Positions 1 to 8,447 of a stretch of DNA of 64,000 nt are shown piece after piece. The notes beneath the pieces are model-generated. The model was not told the DNA's origin. It made no database searches and saw only the letters and a list, made by a program, of their open reading frames with translations. The stretch spans positions 4,711 to 68,710 of the forward strand of contig CAZYSK010000024.1 of assembly GCA_964649415.1 (NCBI GenBank), written 5' to 3'. This DNA comes from an uncultured Anaerolineales bacterium. GTDB lineage: Bacteria > Chloroflexota > Anaerolineae > B4-G1. The position numbers and the translations under genes are program-made. Every line of letters begins with the position of its first letter. Within the stretch, counting starts at the first letter, position 1.

Positions 1-108
1 ACCGGCGTGCTGTTCGGCCTGGCCACAGTCTGGCTGGCCTATCCATACGTGCAGGAGGCGATGGACGAGTTCCGCGAGTCGCTGCGCCGGCGCCGTGGCT
101 GGGAATGA
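1..108 (+). CDS. 3' end of an unidentified CDS entering from the left edge (last 35 codons)
   Basis: Frame +1 is open from nt 1 to TGA 106-108 (TGVLFGLATVWLAYPYVQEAMDEFRESLRRRRGWE*). The stop overlaps ATG 105 (ATGA). Too short to name. Confidence 0.35.
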   Translation, partial: TGVLFGLATVWLAYPYVQEAMDEFRESLRRRRGWE

Positions 109-962
109 GGCGCACGTCACGGAGTCTGGACTGTGCCGATGCTGCACGTGATTGGTTCGGGCCTGGTCTCATGATACGCGCGTGTGTGGACGGCGTGGTG
201 TTGTACCGCTTCGAGGGGCTGGACGGCGTCGAGGGCGTGCGTCACGCCGTACTGACGCGTATCGGCGGCGTGAGCCGGGGGCCATACGCCACGCTCAACC
301 TGGGGCACACGGTGGGTGACGATCTGGCCGCTGTGGAGGAGAACCACCGGCGGGCTTTCCGCGTGCTGGGGTTGGCGTCCGGCAAGGTGGTCAGCCCGTA
401 CCAGGTACACGGGGCGCGGGTGGGTGTCGTCGGGCGCGCGCATCTGGGCACCGTCCAGCCGGCCACCGACGCGTTGGTGACCGCCACACCGGGCGTGCCG
501 CTGCTCATGCGCTTCGGCGACTGCGCGCCGGTGCTGTTCTTCGATCCGGCGCGGCGCGTGATCGGGATGGCGCACGCGGGCTGGCGCGGGGTCGTGGCGG
601 GAACGGTGGAAGCGACAGTGCGGACGATGGCGGAGCGGCTGGGCTGCGATCCGGCTAACCTGTGGGCGGGTATCGGCCCGACCATCGGACCGTGCTGTTA
701 CGAGGTTGGACCGGAGACCGTGACGGCGGTGCAGGGGGCGTGCCCGCCGGGGGCGGGCGTGGCGCGTCGCGTCAATGGGCGGGTACATCTTGACCTGCCG
801 GCGGCGGTGGGGGCTCAACTGCGCGCTGCCGGGGTGGGGGAGATCGAGGCCGCGGGACTGTGCACCGCGTGCCACGTGGACGAGTTTTTCTCGCATCGAG
901 CGGAGCACGGACGCACGGGGCGCTTTGGCGTGGCTATGGAGTTGCGGAGTAGCGAGACCTGA
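105..962 (+). CDS. pgeF: PgeF/YfiH-family protein (DUF152 laccase-domain; peptidoglycan editing factor-like)
   Basis: 285-aa ORF with family motifs HAVLTRIGGVS, LNLGHTVGD, QVHG, TDALVT, FGDCAPVLF, AHAGWRG, GPCCYEV, CTACHVDEFFSHR. ATG 105 is coupled (ATGA) to the upstream stop. ATG 171 is an alternative start. Confidence 0.85.
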   Translation: MRRTSRSLDCADAARDWFGPGLMIRACVDGVVLYRFEGLDGVEGVRHAVLTRIGGVSRGPYATLNLGHTVGDDLAAVEENHRRAFRVLGLASGKVVSPYQVHGARVGVVGRAHLGTVQPATDALVTATPGVPLLMRFGDCAPVLFFDPARRVIGMAHAGWRGVVAGTVEATVRTMAERLGCDPANLWAGIGPTIGPCCYEVGPETVTAVQGACPPGAGVARRVNGRVHLDLPAAVGAQLRAAGVGEIEAAGLCTACHVDEFFSHRAEHGRTGRFGVAMELRSSET

Positions 963-1011
963 CAGGTTCTCCGAAACCTGCCGGGTCTGCCTGGGTAGCG
1001 GAGGTGGCGAG

Positions 1012-1755
1012 GTGGTTGACGTCGCGCACAAGTTGGCACAGGTGCAGGAGCGCATTGGCGAGGCGGCACTGCGGGTGGGGCGGGATCCGGGTGAGGTCAC
1101 GCTGGTCGCCGTGAGCAAGACCCATCCACCCGAGGCGGTCGTGGCTGTCTATCAGGCGGGGGTGCGTCACTTTGGCGAGAACCGCGTCGAAGAGGGGATG
1201 GCCAAGATCCCGGCCGTGCACGTCGCCCTCGCCGGCCCACGGCCGACCTGGCACATGGTGGGCCACGTGCAGAGCCGGAAGGCACAGGAAGCCGTGGCGC
1301 ACTTCGACTACGTGCACTCGGTGGATCGGGTGAAGATCGCGCGGCGGCTGAGCCGTTTCGCGCAAGAGGCCGGACGCACGCTGCCCGTGCTGCTCGAGTG
1401 CAACGTCTCGGGCGAGGCGTCGAAGTTCGGCTTCGACGCGCGGAACTGGGAGGGCGATGCGGGACAGCGGGGGGCATTGTTCGCCGCTGTCGAGGAGGTA
1501 TCGGCGCTGCCGGGTCTCTTGGTCCAGGGTCTGATGACGATGGCTCCGCTTGTGTCCGATCCCGAGATTGTGCGGCCGGTCTTCGTTGGGCTGCGCGTGC
1601 TGCGGGATGCGCTGCGCGAGCGCTATCCGGATTGCCATTGGCCCCACCTCTCAATGGGTATGACCGATGACTTCGAGGTCGCCGTGGAGGAGGGGGCGAC
1701 CATGGTGCGCATTGGACGCGCCATCTTTGGGGAACGGAGGAGCGATCAGTGCTGA
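1012..1755 (+). CDS. yggS: YggS-family pyridoxal-phosphate homeostasis protein
   Basis: Motifs LVAVSKTHP, HFGENRVEEG, WHMVGHVQSRK, LLECNVSGEASKFGF, GLMTMAP, LSMGMTDDFEVAVEEGATMVRIG. GTG 1012 is preceded by GGAGGTGG. The ORF-track start at 775 overlaps pgeF and is unlikely. Confidence 0.85.
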   Translation: MVDVAHKLAQVQERIGEAALRVGRDPGEVTLVAVSKTHPPEAVVAVYQAGVRHFGENRVEEGMAKIPAVHVALAGPRPTWHMVGHVQSRKAQEAVAHFDYVHSVDRVKIARRLSRFAQEAGRTLPVLLECNVSGEASKFGFDARNWEGDAGQRGALFAAVEEVSALPGLLVQGLMTMAPLVSDPEIVRPVFVGLRVLRDALRERYPDCHWPHLSMGMTDDFEVAVEEGATMVRIGRAIFGERRSDQC

Positions 1756-1774
1756 GTGGGGAAGCGGAGAGCCA

Positions 1775-2053
1775 ATGAGTGTACTACCGATTGGCGCGTT
1801 GTTGCGATTCTTGAACCTGCTATTCACGCTTTACTCGTTTGCGATCATCGCCCGTTCGTTGCTGTCGTGGTTTCGGATCAGCTACTACCACCCGATAGCA
1901 CGTTTCTTGATCCAGATCACCGAGCCGGTGCTGGCCCCGCTGCGTCGACACATTCCACCTGTGGGGGGACTGGACTTCACGCCTATGGTGGCGCTGGTCT
2001 TGATCTGGGTGGTCGAGCAAGTCCTGCAGATGGTGATCTTGGCACTGTTCTAG
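1775..2053 (+). CDS. yggT: YggT-family small membrane protein
   Basis: 92 aa from ATG 1775, with two hydrophobic helices. LLRFLNLLFTLYSFAIIARSLLSW and ITEPVLAPLRRHIPPVGGLDFTPMVALVLI are typical of YggT. It follows yggS as in many bacteria. Confidence 0.75.
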   Translation: MSVLPIGALLRFLNLLFTLYSFAIIARSLLSWFRISYYHPIARFLIQITEPVLAPLRRHIPPVGGLDFTPMVALVLIWVVEQVLQMVILALF

Positions 2054-2059
2054 GCGGTC

Positions 2060-2347
2060 ATGGGGCTGTTGGTCAGTCAGGGGGATGACGGGTCTGTCTT
2101 CCCGGTGCACGTCGTGCCTCGGGGCAGGCGGAACGAGGTCGTGGGGCTGTATGGCGATGCGCTGAAGGTGCGGCTGACGGCCCCGCCGGTGCAAGGTAAG
2201 GCGAACCGGGCACTGCGCGAATTCCTGGCCGAGCGGCTTGGTGTCCCGACCGCGCAGGTCGAGGTGATCAGCGGGCATACCTCGCGTCACAAGCGGGTGC
2301 GTGTTTGGGGCGTGTCGGGCGATGAGGTCCGGGGGTTGCTGGACTAA
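2060..2347 (+). CDS. yggU: DUF167/YggU-family protein
   Basis: 95 aa. VHVVPRGRRNEVVG, LKVRLTAPPVQGKANRALREFLAERLGV and VISGHTSRHKRV match the YggU pattern. Confidence 0.75.
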   Translation: MGLLVSQGDDGSVFPVHVVPRGRRNEVVGLYGDALKVRLTAPPVQGKANRALREFLAERLGVPTAQVEVISGHTSRHKRVRVWGVSGDEVRGLLD

Positions 2348-2374
2348 GCCCGAATTGCCAAGGCTAAGTCTGAT

Positions 2375-4891
2375 TCAGGTGATGAGTAGGTCGTAGCGCC
2401 TGCTGATCCGGTCGAGTGCCTCCAAGGCCGCGCCGACGACTTCCGGATCGGGGTCCAACAGCGCGGTTTGCAGGAGTTCGACGTCGTCCAGCCGGCCGAT
2501 CTGGGCCAGCGCTTGCGCTGCGGCCAAGCGGATTGGTACGTCTCCTTCCCCCAGGGCACGGCGCAGCACGTGGCGCGCGGCCTCGCCGAGTCCAACGGCC
2601 TGTCCCCGGGCCGCTGCCCACGAGATGAGCCAGGGCAACTGGTCGGCCCGTGGCAGGGGGGCCACGCCGGCGGTCTTCTCCTGTTCGTCCATTTCGTCCA
2701 GCGCCGCCGTCGCTGCCGAGCGCACGATCCACTGCTCGTCCTCGCGCGCCACCTCCTCCAGCGCGTCGCGCGCTTCCAGTTGCACCAGCCCAAAGACGGC
2801 CGCGCGACGGGCGACCACGTCTTCTGCCTGGGTGGCTTCGCGCAGGAGGCTCAGCCCTTCCTCTCCCCACGTGGCCAATGCCTCGGCGGCTGCCGGTCTG
2901 AGTGCGTCGTCCCCTTCGAGCAGTAACCGCGCCAGCAGGCGCTTGGCAGCATCGCTTTCCAGGTGCGCAAGCCGCCGCACGGCCGCTTCGCGCACGGTGG
3001 ATGAGCTGTTCTGTAGCATGGCTTCCAGCAAGGCCAGGTCCCCGTCGCCCGCCGTCCTGATCAACCCCAACGCAGCGGCGACGCGCACTTCGACGTCTGG
3101 GTGCTTCAGGGCCTGCTTGAAGAAGTAGACGACGCCCTGCATGTTGGTCGCCGCCAGCGTTTCGGCTAACGCCTGCCGGATTCGGGCGGCATGGCCGGCC
3201 TGGAGGAACGCACGGGCCAGCACGGCCATCGCCCCGTCTCGCCAGGCGGCGTCCTGCGGAGCCATGCCGATCCAGGAGCTGAGCGTGTGGAGTCGCCTGT
3301 GGAAGATGTCATCTGGCCCGTTGAGCCAGGCTGCCACCAGCGGCCCCATGTCGCCGATCTCGGCATAGAAGCGCAGAGTCTCAGACCAGCGCTCGTCCTC
3401 CAGCCGTTCGATGAGCGCTGCGGGATTGGTGGCGATCAGTTGCCGGGCGGCCAGGTACGCCTGCCACAGCGGGTGGACGAAGGCATAGGAACTGGAGCCG
3501 TTGCGCTTCCCGTTGCTTAGAATGGTGCCGGTGGAACGCAGCAAGCCCCGCTCGCCGGTGATTGTGTGGAGGACGTCGGCGGCCGCACGGACCGGGCGTT
3601 CCTCGACCGGGGGCAGTGCCGCCTCGATAGCCGCCTCGATTTCCTTGCGGGTTGCGGACCCCCGGCCCTCCTGCTGCAAGCTCAGCGCCACCTGTCCCAG
3701 CGCTGCCCGACAGGTGGCCGGGAACCAGGGTTCATCGTCGTGCCGGAGCAGCAGGTCCAGCGTGCGGTCGAACAGTACCACGCGCCTGTCGGGCGCGTGG
3801 CCGTCGGAGAGGTAGACGAACGCCCGCAGTGCCAGTTCCAGCGGGGAAGCGCCTTCCAGGATCGCGCGGCGCAGTTGGGCCATCACTTCGTGAGGCGGGA
3901 ACGGGGGCGATTCACCGTCCGGCGTATATGCCGCGATCCACTGCCTGACGAATGCGTCCACCTGAGCGGCTTTCCAGGGCGCCAGCGCCAGAGGAACGAA
4001 GCCTGCTTCCGTCCAGGGCGCGTAGCCCCGCACGCCCGTGCTGACCAGCCAGATGTTCCCAGGCAGAGCGCGTGCGAGCGCAGACAAGCACGCAGTGGCC
4101 CGTTGACGCTGCTGCGGGTTGAGTTCGTCCCAGCCGTCGGCGAGCACGATGGCTTGCCCCGCTTCCAGGTGCTGGCGCACCGGTTTCGTCATCCCGCCAC
4201 CACCTGCGATGGTTGCCACGGCGCCGCCAACAAGCCGCTCGATTTCCTCGCTGACCTGCCCGTCTGACTGCTCGCCTTCGCCGTCCGTCTCCGGCCATTC
4301 GATGGCCGGCATGTGGACACAGAGGGGCAGGTGGTCTTGGGCCAGGCCGAGCGTTTCCACACCGTCGTGGGCTCGCGCGGCGCACGTGAGCGCAAGGTGG
4401 GCCATGAGGGCCGTTCGACCTGCTCCTGGGGGGCCCAGGATCAGCAATTGGGTGTGCTGTCCCAACGTTCGGCTCAGGGGCAGGGCCAGCTTGCCCATAG
4501 GAGATGTCTCGATCTCGGAGATGGACTGGGGGAGTGGCCGAGGGGGACACAGTTCGGGCTCAACGAACACGGTGTCCAGGGGAGCGACGTGCTTCAGGAC
4601 GGCGAGGGAGCGTGCCCATTTAGCGACGCGCTCTCGATAGCGGTCCTCAGCGCTAGCCTGGAAACGGTGAAACACCCGGGCAAGCGGGGCCGTCACGGCT
4701 TCCCAACCCACGCGTAGTATGTCGCGGAAGTGGAATGCGAGCCACGCCAGGAGAAGGGCCACCGCAGCACCGATGAAGGCCGATGCGGGGTCAAACTGCC
4801 ACTGGCGCGCGATGAAACGGGTTGGTTCCAACCCGTGGGGCATCCGAGTTCCCGGCAGGTTGTGGGCAATGTGGCGGGCCACGTGAGCCAT
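2375..4891 (-). CDS. Membrane-anchored NACHT-family STAND NTPase with C-terminal HEAT/PBS-lyase-like repeats
   Basis: 838 aa. N-terminal TM helix FIGAAVALLLAWLAFHF. P-loop LILGPPGAGRT (nt 4412-4435) has an Arg codon (CGA) where the Walker-A Lys is expected. NACHT-type Walker B IVLADGWDEL. At least 7 HEAT-like repeats follow (DVEVRVAAALGL, STVREAAVRRL, VVARRAAVFGL, PIRLAAAQALAQIG, DPEVVGAALEAL). Confidence 0.7.
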   Translation of the reverse strand: MAHVARHIAHNLPGTRMPHGLEPTRFIARQWQFDPASAFIGAAVALLLAWLAFHFRDILRVGWEAVTAPLARVFHRFQASAEDRYRERVAKWARSLAVLKHVAPLDTVFVEPELCPPRPLPQSISEIETSPMGKLALPLSRTLGQHTQLLILGPPGAGRTALMAHLALTCAARAHDGVETLGLAQDHLPLCVHMPAIEWPETDGEGEQSDGQVSEEIERLVGGAVATIAGGGGMTKPVRQHLEAGQAIVLADGWDELNPQQRQRATACLSALARALPGNIWLVSTGVRGYAPWTEAGFVPLALAPWKAAQVDAFVRQWIAAYTPDGESPPFPPHEVMAQLRRAILEGASPLELALRAFVYLSDGHAPDRRVVLFDRTLDLLLRHDDEPWFPATCRAALGQVALSLQQEGRGSATRKEIEAAIEAALPPVEERPVRAAADVLHTITGERGLLRSTGTILSNGKRNGSSSYAFVHPLWQAYLAARQLIATNPAALIERLEDERWSETLRFYAEIGDMGPLVAAWLNGPDDIFHRRLHTLSSWIGMAPQDAAWRDGAMAVLARAFLQAGHAARIRQALAETLAATNMQGVVYFFKQALKHPDVEVRVAAALGLIRTAGDGDLALLEAMLQNSSSTVREAAVRRLAHLESDAAKRLLARLLLEGDDALRPAAAEALATWGEEGLSLLREATQAEDVVARRAAVFGLVQLEARDALEEVAREDEQWIVRSAATAALDEMDEQEKTAGVAPLPRADQLPWLISWAAARGQAVGLGEAARHVLRRALGEGDVPIRLAAAQALAQIGRLDDVELLQTALLDPDPEVVGAALEALDRISRRYDLLIT

Positions 4892-4914
4892 GGGGTTATC
4901 CTTGGGGATGGTGC

Positions 4915-5610
4915 CTAGTCTGCGTCCTCAGGGGCGGCCAACTGGTATCCGATCCCTCGCTCCGTGCGGACGAGGACGGGGTGGGCAGGGTCCACCTCGA
5001 TCTTCTGGCGGAGGTACCAGATGTACAGCTTCAGGTACTGCCGTCGCTCCTCGCATTGTGGTCCCCAGACGCGACGGAGCAGTATCTTGTGAGAGACCAC
5101 GTGTCCGGCCTCTCGAACCAACACGGCGAGCAGCTTGTATTCGAGGGGGGTGAGGGAGACGCGTTCGCCGTTGATCTCGACGAGGCGCCGGTTGAGGTCA
5201 ACCAGGAGCTGACCATTGCTGTAGATCCGGTGTCGAGATGCAGCGCGCTGTGCGCGGTGCAAGGCAGCCGTTACGCGGGCCAGGAGTTCCTTGTAGCTGA
5301 AAGGCTTGATGATGTAGTCGTCGGCGCCCATCTCAAGACCACGGATCACGTCCTTCTCAGCACCTAGCGCAGTGGTGAAGATGATGGGGGCGTTGGTGAT
5401 CTCCTGTAGCCTCTCGCACACGAACCAGCCATCCACGTCGGGCAGGAGGATGTCGAGTAGTATCAGGTCTAGATCAGAATCCTGAGCTGCCTGGATCCCG
5501 CTCATTCCATCCTGGGCGATCTTGACCTGGTAGCCTGCGTACTCAAGTTGCGCGTGCATCATCTCTGCCAACGCGTCATCATCTTCGATGAGCAAGATAT
5601 GCTCTTTCAC
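4915..5610 (-). CDS. OmpR/PhoB-family response regulator (receiver + winged-helix)
   Basis: Receiver motifs ILLIEDD, LDLILLDILLPDVDG, DDYIIKPF. C-terminal winged helix LTPLEYKLLAVL...ERGIGYQL. GTG 5610 lies 6 nt after GGAGGT. It sits 23 nt upstream of the NACHT gene on the same strand. No histidine kinase is in the window. Confidence 0.85.
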   Translation of the reverse strand: MKEHILLIEDDDALAEMMHAQLEYAGYQVKIAQDGMSGIQAAQDSDLDLILLDILLPDVDGWFVCERLQEITNAPIIFTTALGAEKDVIRGLEMGADDYIIKPFSYKELLARVTAALHRAQRAASRHRIYSNGQLLVDLNRRLVEINGERVSLTPLEYKLLAVLVREAGHVVSHKILLRRVWGPQCEERRQYLKLYIWYLRQKIEVDPAHPVLVRTERGIGYQLAAPEDAD

Positions 5611-5737
5611 TATCTGACCTCCGTGCCTAATGCCCTGACGAAATACGGGAGCCCCAAGCTCTGACTGCATCCTGATTGGCGTGAGTTCACTGGCCGTGCC
5701 ACAGATTCTTGGGTCCTGAAATGGTACGAGAGTACTA

Positions 5738-5766
5738 TTGACGTAGCATGTTCTATGTGCTAGAAT
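5738..5766 (+). promoter_or_regulatory. Sigma70-like promoter (TTGACG-17 nt-TAGAAT)
   Basis: TTGACG 5738-5743, 17-nt spacer, TAGAAT 5761-5766. It is divergent from the response-regulator gene. No credible CDS lies downstream before the terminator at 5843. Confidence 0.45.
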
Positions 5767-5772
5767 GAAATC

Positions 5773-5883
5773 GATGTCGGGACGGGTGTCCGCCCCCCGA
5801 AGCCCACATCAAAGGCTGTTTGTGGTTACCCTCCTTTCGCAAGTCACGGCCTCCTCTAGATGGGGAGGCCGTGACTTCTTTAT
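5773..5883 (+). ncRNA. Candidate ~110-nt small RNA (promoter-to-terminator unit without a closed ORF)
   Basis: Bounded by the promoter above and an intrinsic terminator. It contains ACCCUCCUUUC (5828-5838), which resembles the 16S rRNA 3' end and so could pair with GGAGG Shine-Dalgarno sites. The only ATG-initiated frame (5774) has no stop before the terminator. Confidence 0.35.
5843..5883 (+). terminator. Intrinsic terminator hairpin with T-tract
   Basis: GTCACGGCCTCC (5843-5854) pairs with GGAGGCCGTGAC (5864-5875), followed by TTCTTTAT. The T-tract is only on the + strand. The hairpin lies just past the stop of the convergent gene at 5889. Confidence 0.55.
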
Positions 5884-5888
5884 GCCGG

Positions 5889-6587
5889 TCATGTTCGTAC
5901 GACGATGCGGTCACAGTTGCTGCAGAAGGCCAGTCCATCCTGGCGCAACTGCCACTGCAGGCTGGCTGAGACGTTCACTCCACACCCGCCGCATGCGCCG
6001 TCGCGCACCTCGACCACTGCCAGACCTGCCTTCCTGCGTCGCAGATCCTGGTAGCTGGCCATGTGATCCGCTTCGATCTTGGGCACGAGTTCTTCCCGCG
6101 CCTGTCCGATTTTCAACAGTCCCTCCTGCAATTCCTCTCGCTCGGCTAGCAGGTCGCTCTGATCGGCCGACCACTGGGCCTCGATTTCGCCGAGGTGTTG
6201 TTGCGCCTGGGCGTGCGCGGCAACCGCTTCCTCCCGCCCAATCATCGTCTCCAGTAGATCGTCCTCCAGGCGTTGCCGTCGCCGCCGGAGCGCAGCGACG
6301 TCAGCCTGCAAATCCGTCAGTTCCTTCGGGTTCTTAACCACGCCGCTGTACAGTCGCTTCTCATTGCGCGAGATCTTGTCCAGCAGTCCTTGCGTCTGCA
6401 GCTCCAGGTCGCGCTGTCGGAGCGTGGTCTTCTGGACCACGACCCGCGTGCGTTCCAGTTCTCGTCGCGCGTGCTGCAGTGCCTCGCTCTCCCCGAGCGC
6501 GGCTTCCACCTCCGCCAGACGGTGCTGCATCTCGTCGGCCTGGCTGTCGAGACGCTGCAAGCGATAGAGATCCGCTCCTCTAGTCAT
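5889..6587 (-). CDS. Coiled-coil / C4 zinc-ribbon protein (COG1579-like)
   Basis: 232 aa. Long heptad-rich N-terminal part, then a C-terminal CxxC...CxxC ribbon (ACGGCGV ... FCSNCDRI). Confidence 0.65.
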   Translation of the reverse strand: MTRGADLYRLQRLDSQADEMQHRLAEVEAALGESEALQHARRELERTRVVVQKTTLRQRDLELQTQGLLDKISRNEKRLYSGVVKNPKELTDLQADVAALRRRRQRLEDDLLETMIGREEAVAAHAQAQQHLGEIEAQWSADQSDLLAEREELQEGLLKIGQAREELVPKIEADHMASYQDLRRRKAGLAVVEVRDGACGGCGVNVSASLQWQLRQDGLAFCSNCDRIVVRT

Positions 6588-6630
6588 TGGCCGAACCCCC
6601 GGTTGTCAAGCGTGTCTGATCTTCGATGGC

Positions 6631-7548
6631 CTATTCCTGTTCACTCTGCTCTGCGGGTGACTCGGTGGTCCTCGTCTCCCGCTCCGCAGCGTGATCGTCG
6701 ATGGGTGTGCCGGCGGACGGCTGACCGGGTCTGGCCTTCACGTGTCGCACGATCAACATGGCGGTCCCGCCGATCACGAAAATGATGGCGAATAGTTGGG
6801 CGGCCGCGAGCGAGCCGATCATCCAGGCGTCGGGACGCAGATACTCAATGAAGAAGCGGCCCAGTGGGTATCCAATGACGTAGCCCAGGAGGAGGTCTCC
6901 CTCAATCAGCTTGTCCTTGCACTTCTGCGCGATCAATGCCAGCGCGACAAACAGCGCCAGGCACCAGAGAGATTCGTACAGGAAGGTGGGATGGAATAGG
7001 GTGTCAGGTGGGAATGCGCTGAGATCGTTGTACGGGACAATGCGATGCTCTGCATCAATGATCAGACCCCAGGGGAGGTCCGTAGGAGGGCCGTACAGCT
7101 CCTGGTTGATGAAGTTACCCCAGCGGCCGATGGCCTGCCCCAGCGCCAGCCCTGGCGCGCCGTAGTCGAGCCACTGCAGGGGGCGCAGTTGGGCACGCCA
7201 GGCGTAGATGATCACCCCCAGCAGACCGCCGAGGATAGCGCCGTAGATTCCCAGGCCGCCATGCCAGATGTAGAGGATTTCAATCGGGTGCTGGCGGTAG
7301 TAGCTCCAACCCACCATCCCACCCGCTGGCTCGGAGAAGACGTGGTAGAGCCGGGCGCCGACGATGGCCAGGATGATGGCGGCGGTGAGGGCATTCCATG
7401 CGTGTTCGGGATCCTCCCCGTCCCGCTTGGCCCGCCAGGAGGCGTACATGGTTCCCATCATGACGCCAGTGACGATCAGAACGCCGTACCAGTGGATGCC
7501 GAAAGTTGGTGTGATGTGAATGAGAATGGGATCAAACGGCGGCCTCAT
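6631..7548 (-). CDS. lgt: Prolipoprotein diacylglyceryl transferase
   Basis: Motifs HWYGVLIVTG, GGLGIYGAILGG, GRWGNFINQELYG and multiple TM segments. ATG 7548 is preceded by AGGAGG. The ORF-track TTG 7566 is an alternative. Confidence 0.9.
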   Translation of the reverse strand: MRPPFDPILIHITPTFGIHWYGVLIVTGVMMGTMYASWRAKRDGEDPEHAWNALTAAIILAIVGARLYHVFSEPAGGMVGWSYYRQHPIEILYIWHGGLGIYGAILGGLLGVIIYAWRAQLRPLQWLDYGAPGLALGQAIGRWGNFINQELYGPPTDLPWGLIIDAEHRIVPYNDLSAFPPDTLFHPTFLYESLWCLALFVALALIAQKCKDKLIEGDLLLGYVIGYPLGRFFIEYLRPDAWMIGSLAAAQLFAIIFVIGGTAMLIVRHVKARPGQPSAGTPIDDHAAERETRTTESPAEQSEQE

Positions 7549-7619
7549 ACATTCCTCCTGCCACAATCGTGCAGTGGATTATACCACAGGCAAGCTGGTT
7601 ATCCAATCGGTTGCGAATC

Positions 7620-7687
7620 CCAGACCTGACAGGGCGGATGCCGCGGATGAGTACATCCGACATCCGTTCAAAACCTGTCAGGTCTGG
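7620..7687. repeat. 68-nt nested hairpin (14-bp outer stem, duplicated GCGGATG/CATCCG inner stems)
   Basis: CCAGACCTGACAGG (7620-7633) pairs with CCTGTCAGGTCTGG (7674-7687). The interior is GCGGATG-CC-GCGGATG-AGTA-CATCCG-A-CATCCG. It lies between the Yip1-like gene stop and the lgt start and has no T-tract. Confidence 0.6.
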
Positions 7688-7694
7688 TGCCTGG

Positions 7695-8447
7695 CTACGA
7701 ACTGGCACCCAGTAACGCCAGGATAAGCGTGGTGAGGCCGCCCATCAGGAGCAATGCCCCGAGGAGCAGCCCGGGCAATATCGTCGCGACGATGGCGCGC
7801 CCGATGCTAAGCCGATGGGACACCGCCACGGCCTTCACGTAGATGGCGATGCCCCACAGCGTCGCCGCCAGTCCAAGCAGCCCTCCCAGGCAGGGCACGA
7901 AACCCAGGATGCCCAGGACGTGCGGTGTGGCATAGAGCGCCGTCGCGCCCAGCATCTCGGAGGCTGTCGCCCGGCCTCCCAGCAGCTTGGCGGCCAGCAA
8001 GACCCAGATGGCGTAGCCGATCCACCCCGCCACGCGGCCAAAGGGCAGTGATAGCCACTGTCCCAGGTCCTGCAGTACGCGCCCCAGCGGTTTGGGTAGC
8101 GCCGTCGGCAGCGCCTCGATGCGCAAGCCCATATCTATTCCGGCCTCCATGTTGGCCACTATTTGGCGTTCGATGCCGGGCGGCAGGTCGATGAACTGCC
8201 GCATCGAGTCAAAGGTGGTGAGTAGCTCCTGGATGGCCTGATTCGCCTCGCGTCGCTGATCCTCGATGTCCACCGGACGGATGTCGCCGACAAAGCTGAT
8301 GAGGAACGGGACGAGGCCCGCGACCAGCGTCACCAGCGCGAGCAGCGCCAGACCGCGCTTCAGTGCGTCAGGGCGGGCGACGTGTTGCGCGTAGGCCTCG
8401 TGTCTGAGTAGCGCTGTGTCCACGGCCAGCTGAAGCAGCTCTTTCAT
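7695..8447 (-). CDS. Polytopic membrane protein, Yip1-like (paralog B)
   Basis: 250 aa from ATG 8447, which overlaps the upstream stop (ATGA). The N-terminus MKELLQLAVDTALLRHEAYAQHV...LKRGLALLALVTLV parallels paralog A, followed by 5 hydrophobic helices. The Yip1 assignment is by pattern only. Confidence 0.55.
   Translation of the reverse strand: MKELLQLAVDTALLRHEAYAQHVARPDALKRGLALLALVTLVAGLVPFLISFVGDIRPVDIEDQRREANQAIQELLTTFDSMRQFIDLPPGIERQIVANMEAGIDMGLRIEALPTALPKPLGRVLQDLGQWLSLPFGRVAGWIGYAIWVLLAAKLLGGRATASEMLGATALYATPHVLGILGFVPCLGGLLGLAATLWGIAIYVKAVAVSHRLSIGRAIVATILPGLLLGALLLMGGLTTLILALLGASS

Noticed and set aside
117-1118. Long antisense or overlapping ORFs across the window. Examples: 117-1118(-), 18281-19720(+), 20331-21827(+), 21840-23264(+), 23569-24897(-), 29786-31468(-), 37650-39407(-), 44640-45458(-).
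   Set aside because: They lie opposite or out of frame to genes with clear family motifs. Their translations are Arg/Pro/Gly/Ala-rich low-complexity sequence, typical of stop-poor shadow frames in high-G+C DNA, and they have no RBS or motif support.
5765-6337. 190-aa plus-strand ORF starting in the sRNA candidate.
   Set aside because: It starts inside the -10 box, runs through an intrinsic terminator and then antisense to the zinc-ribbon gene. Its translation is Arg/Pro-rich with no motif.
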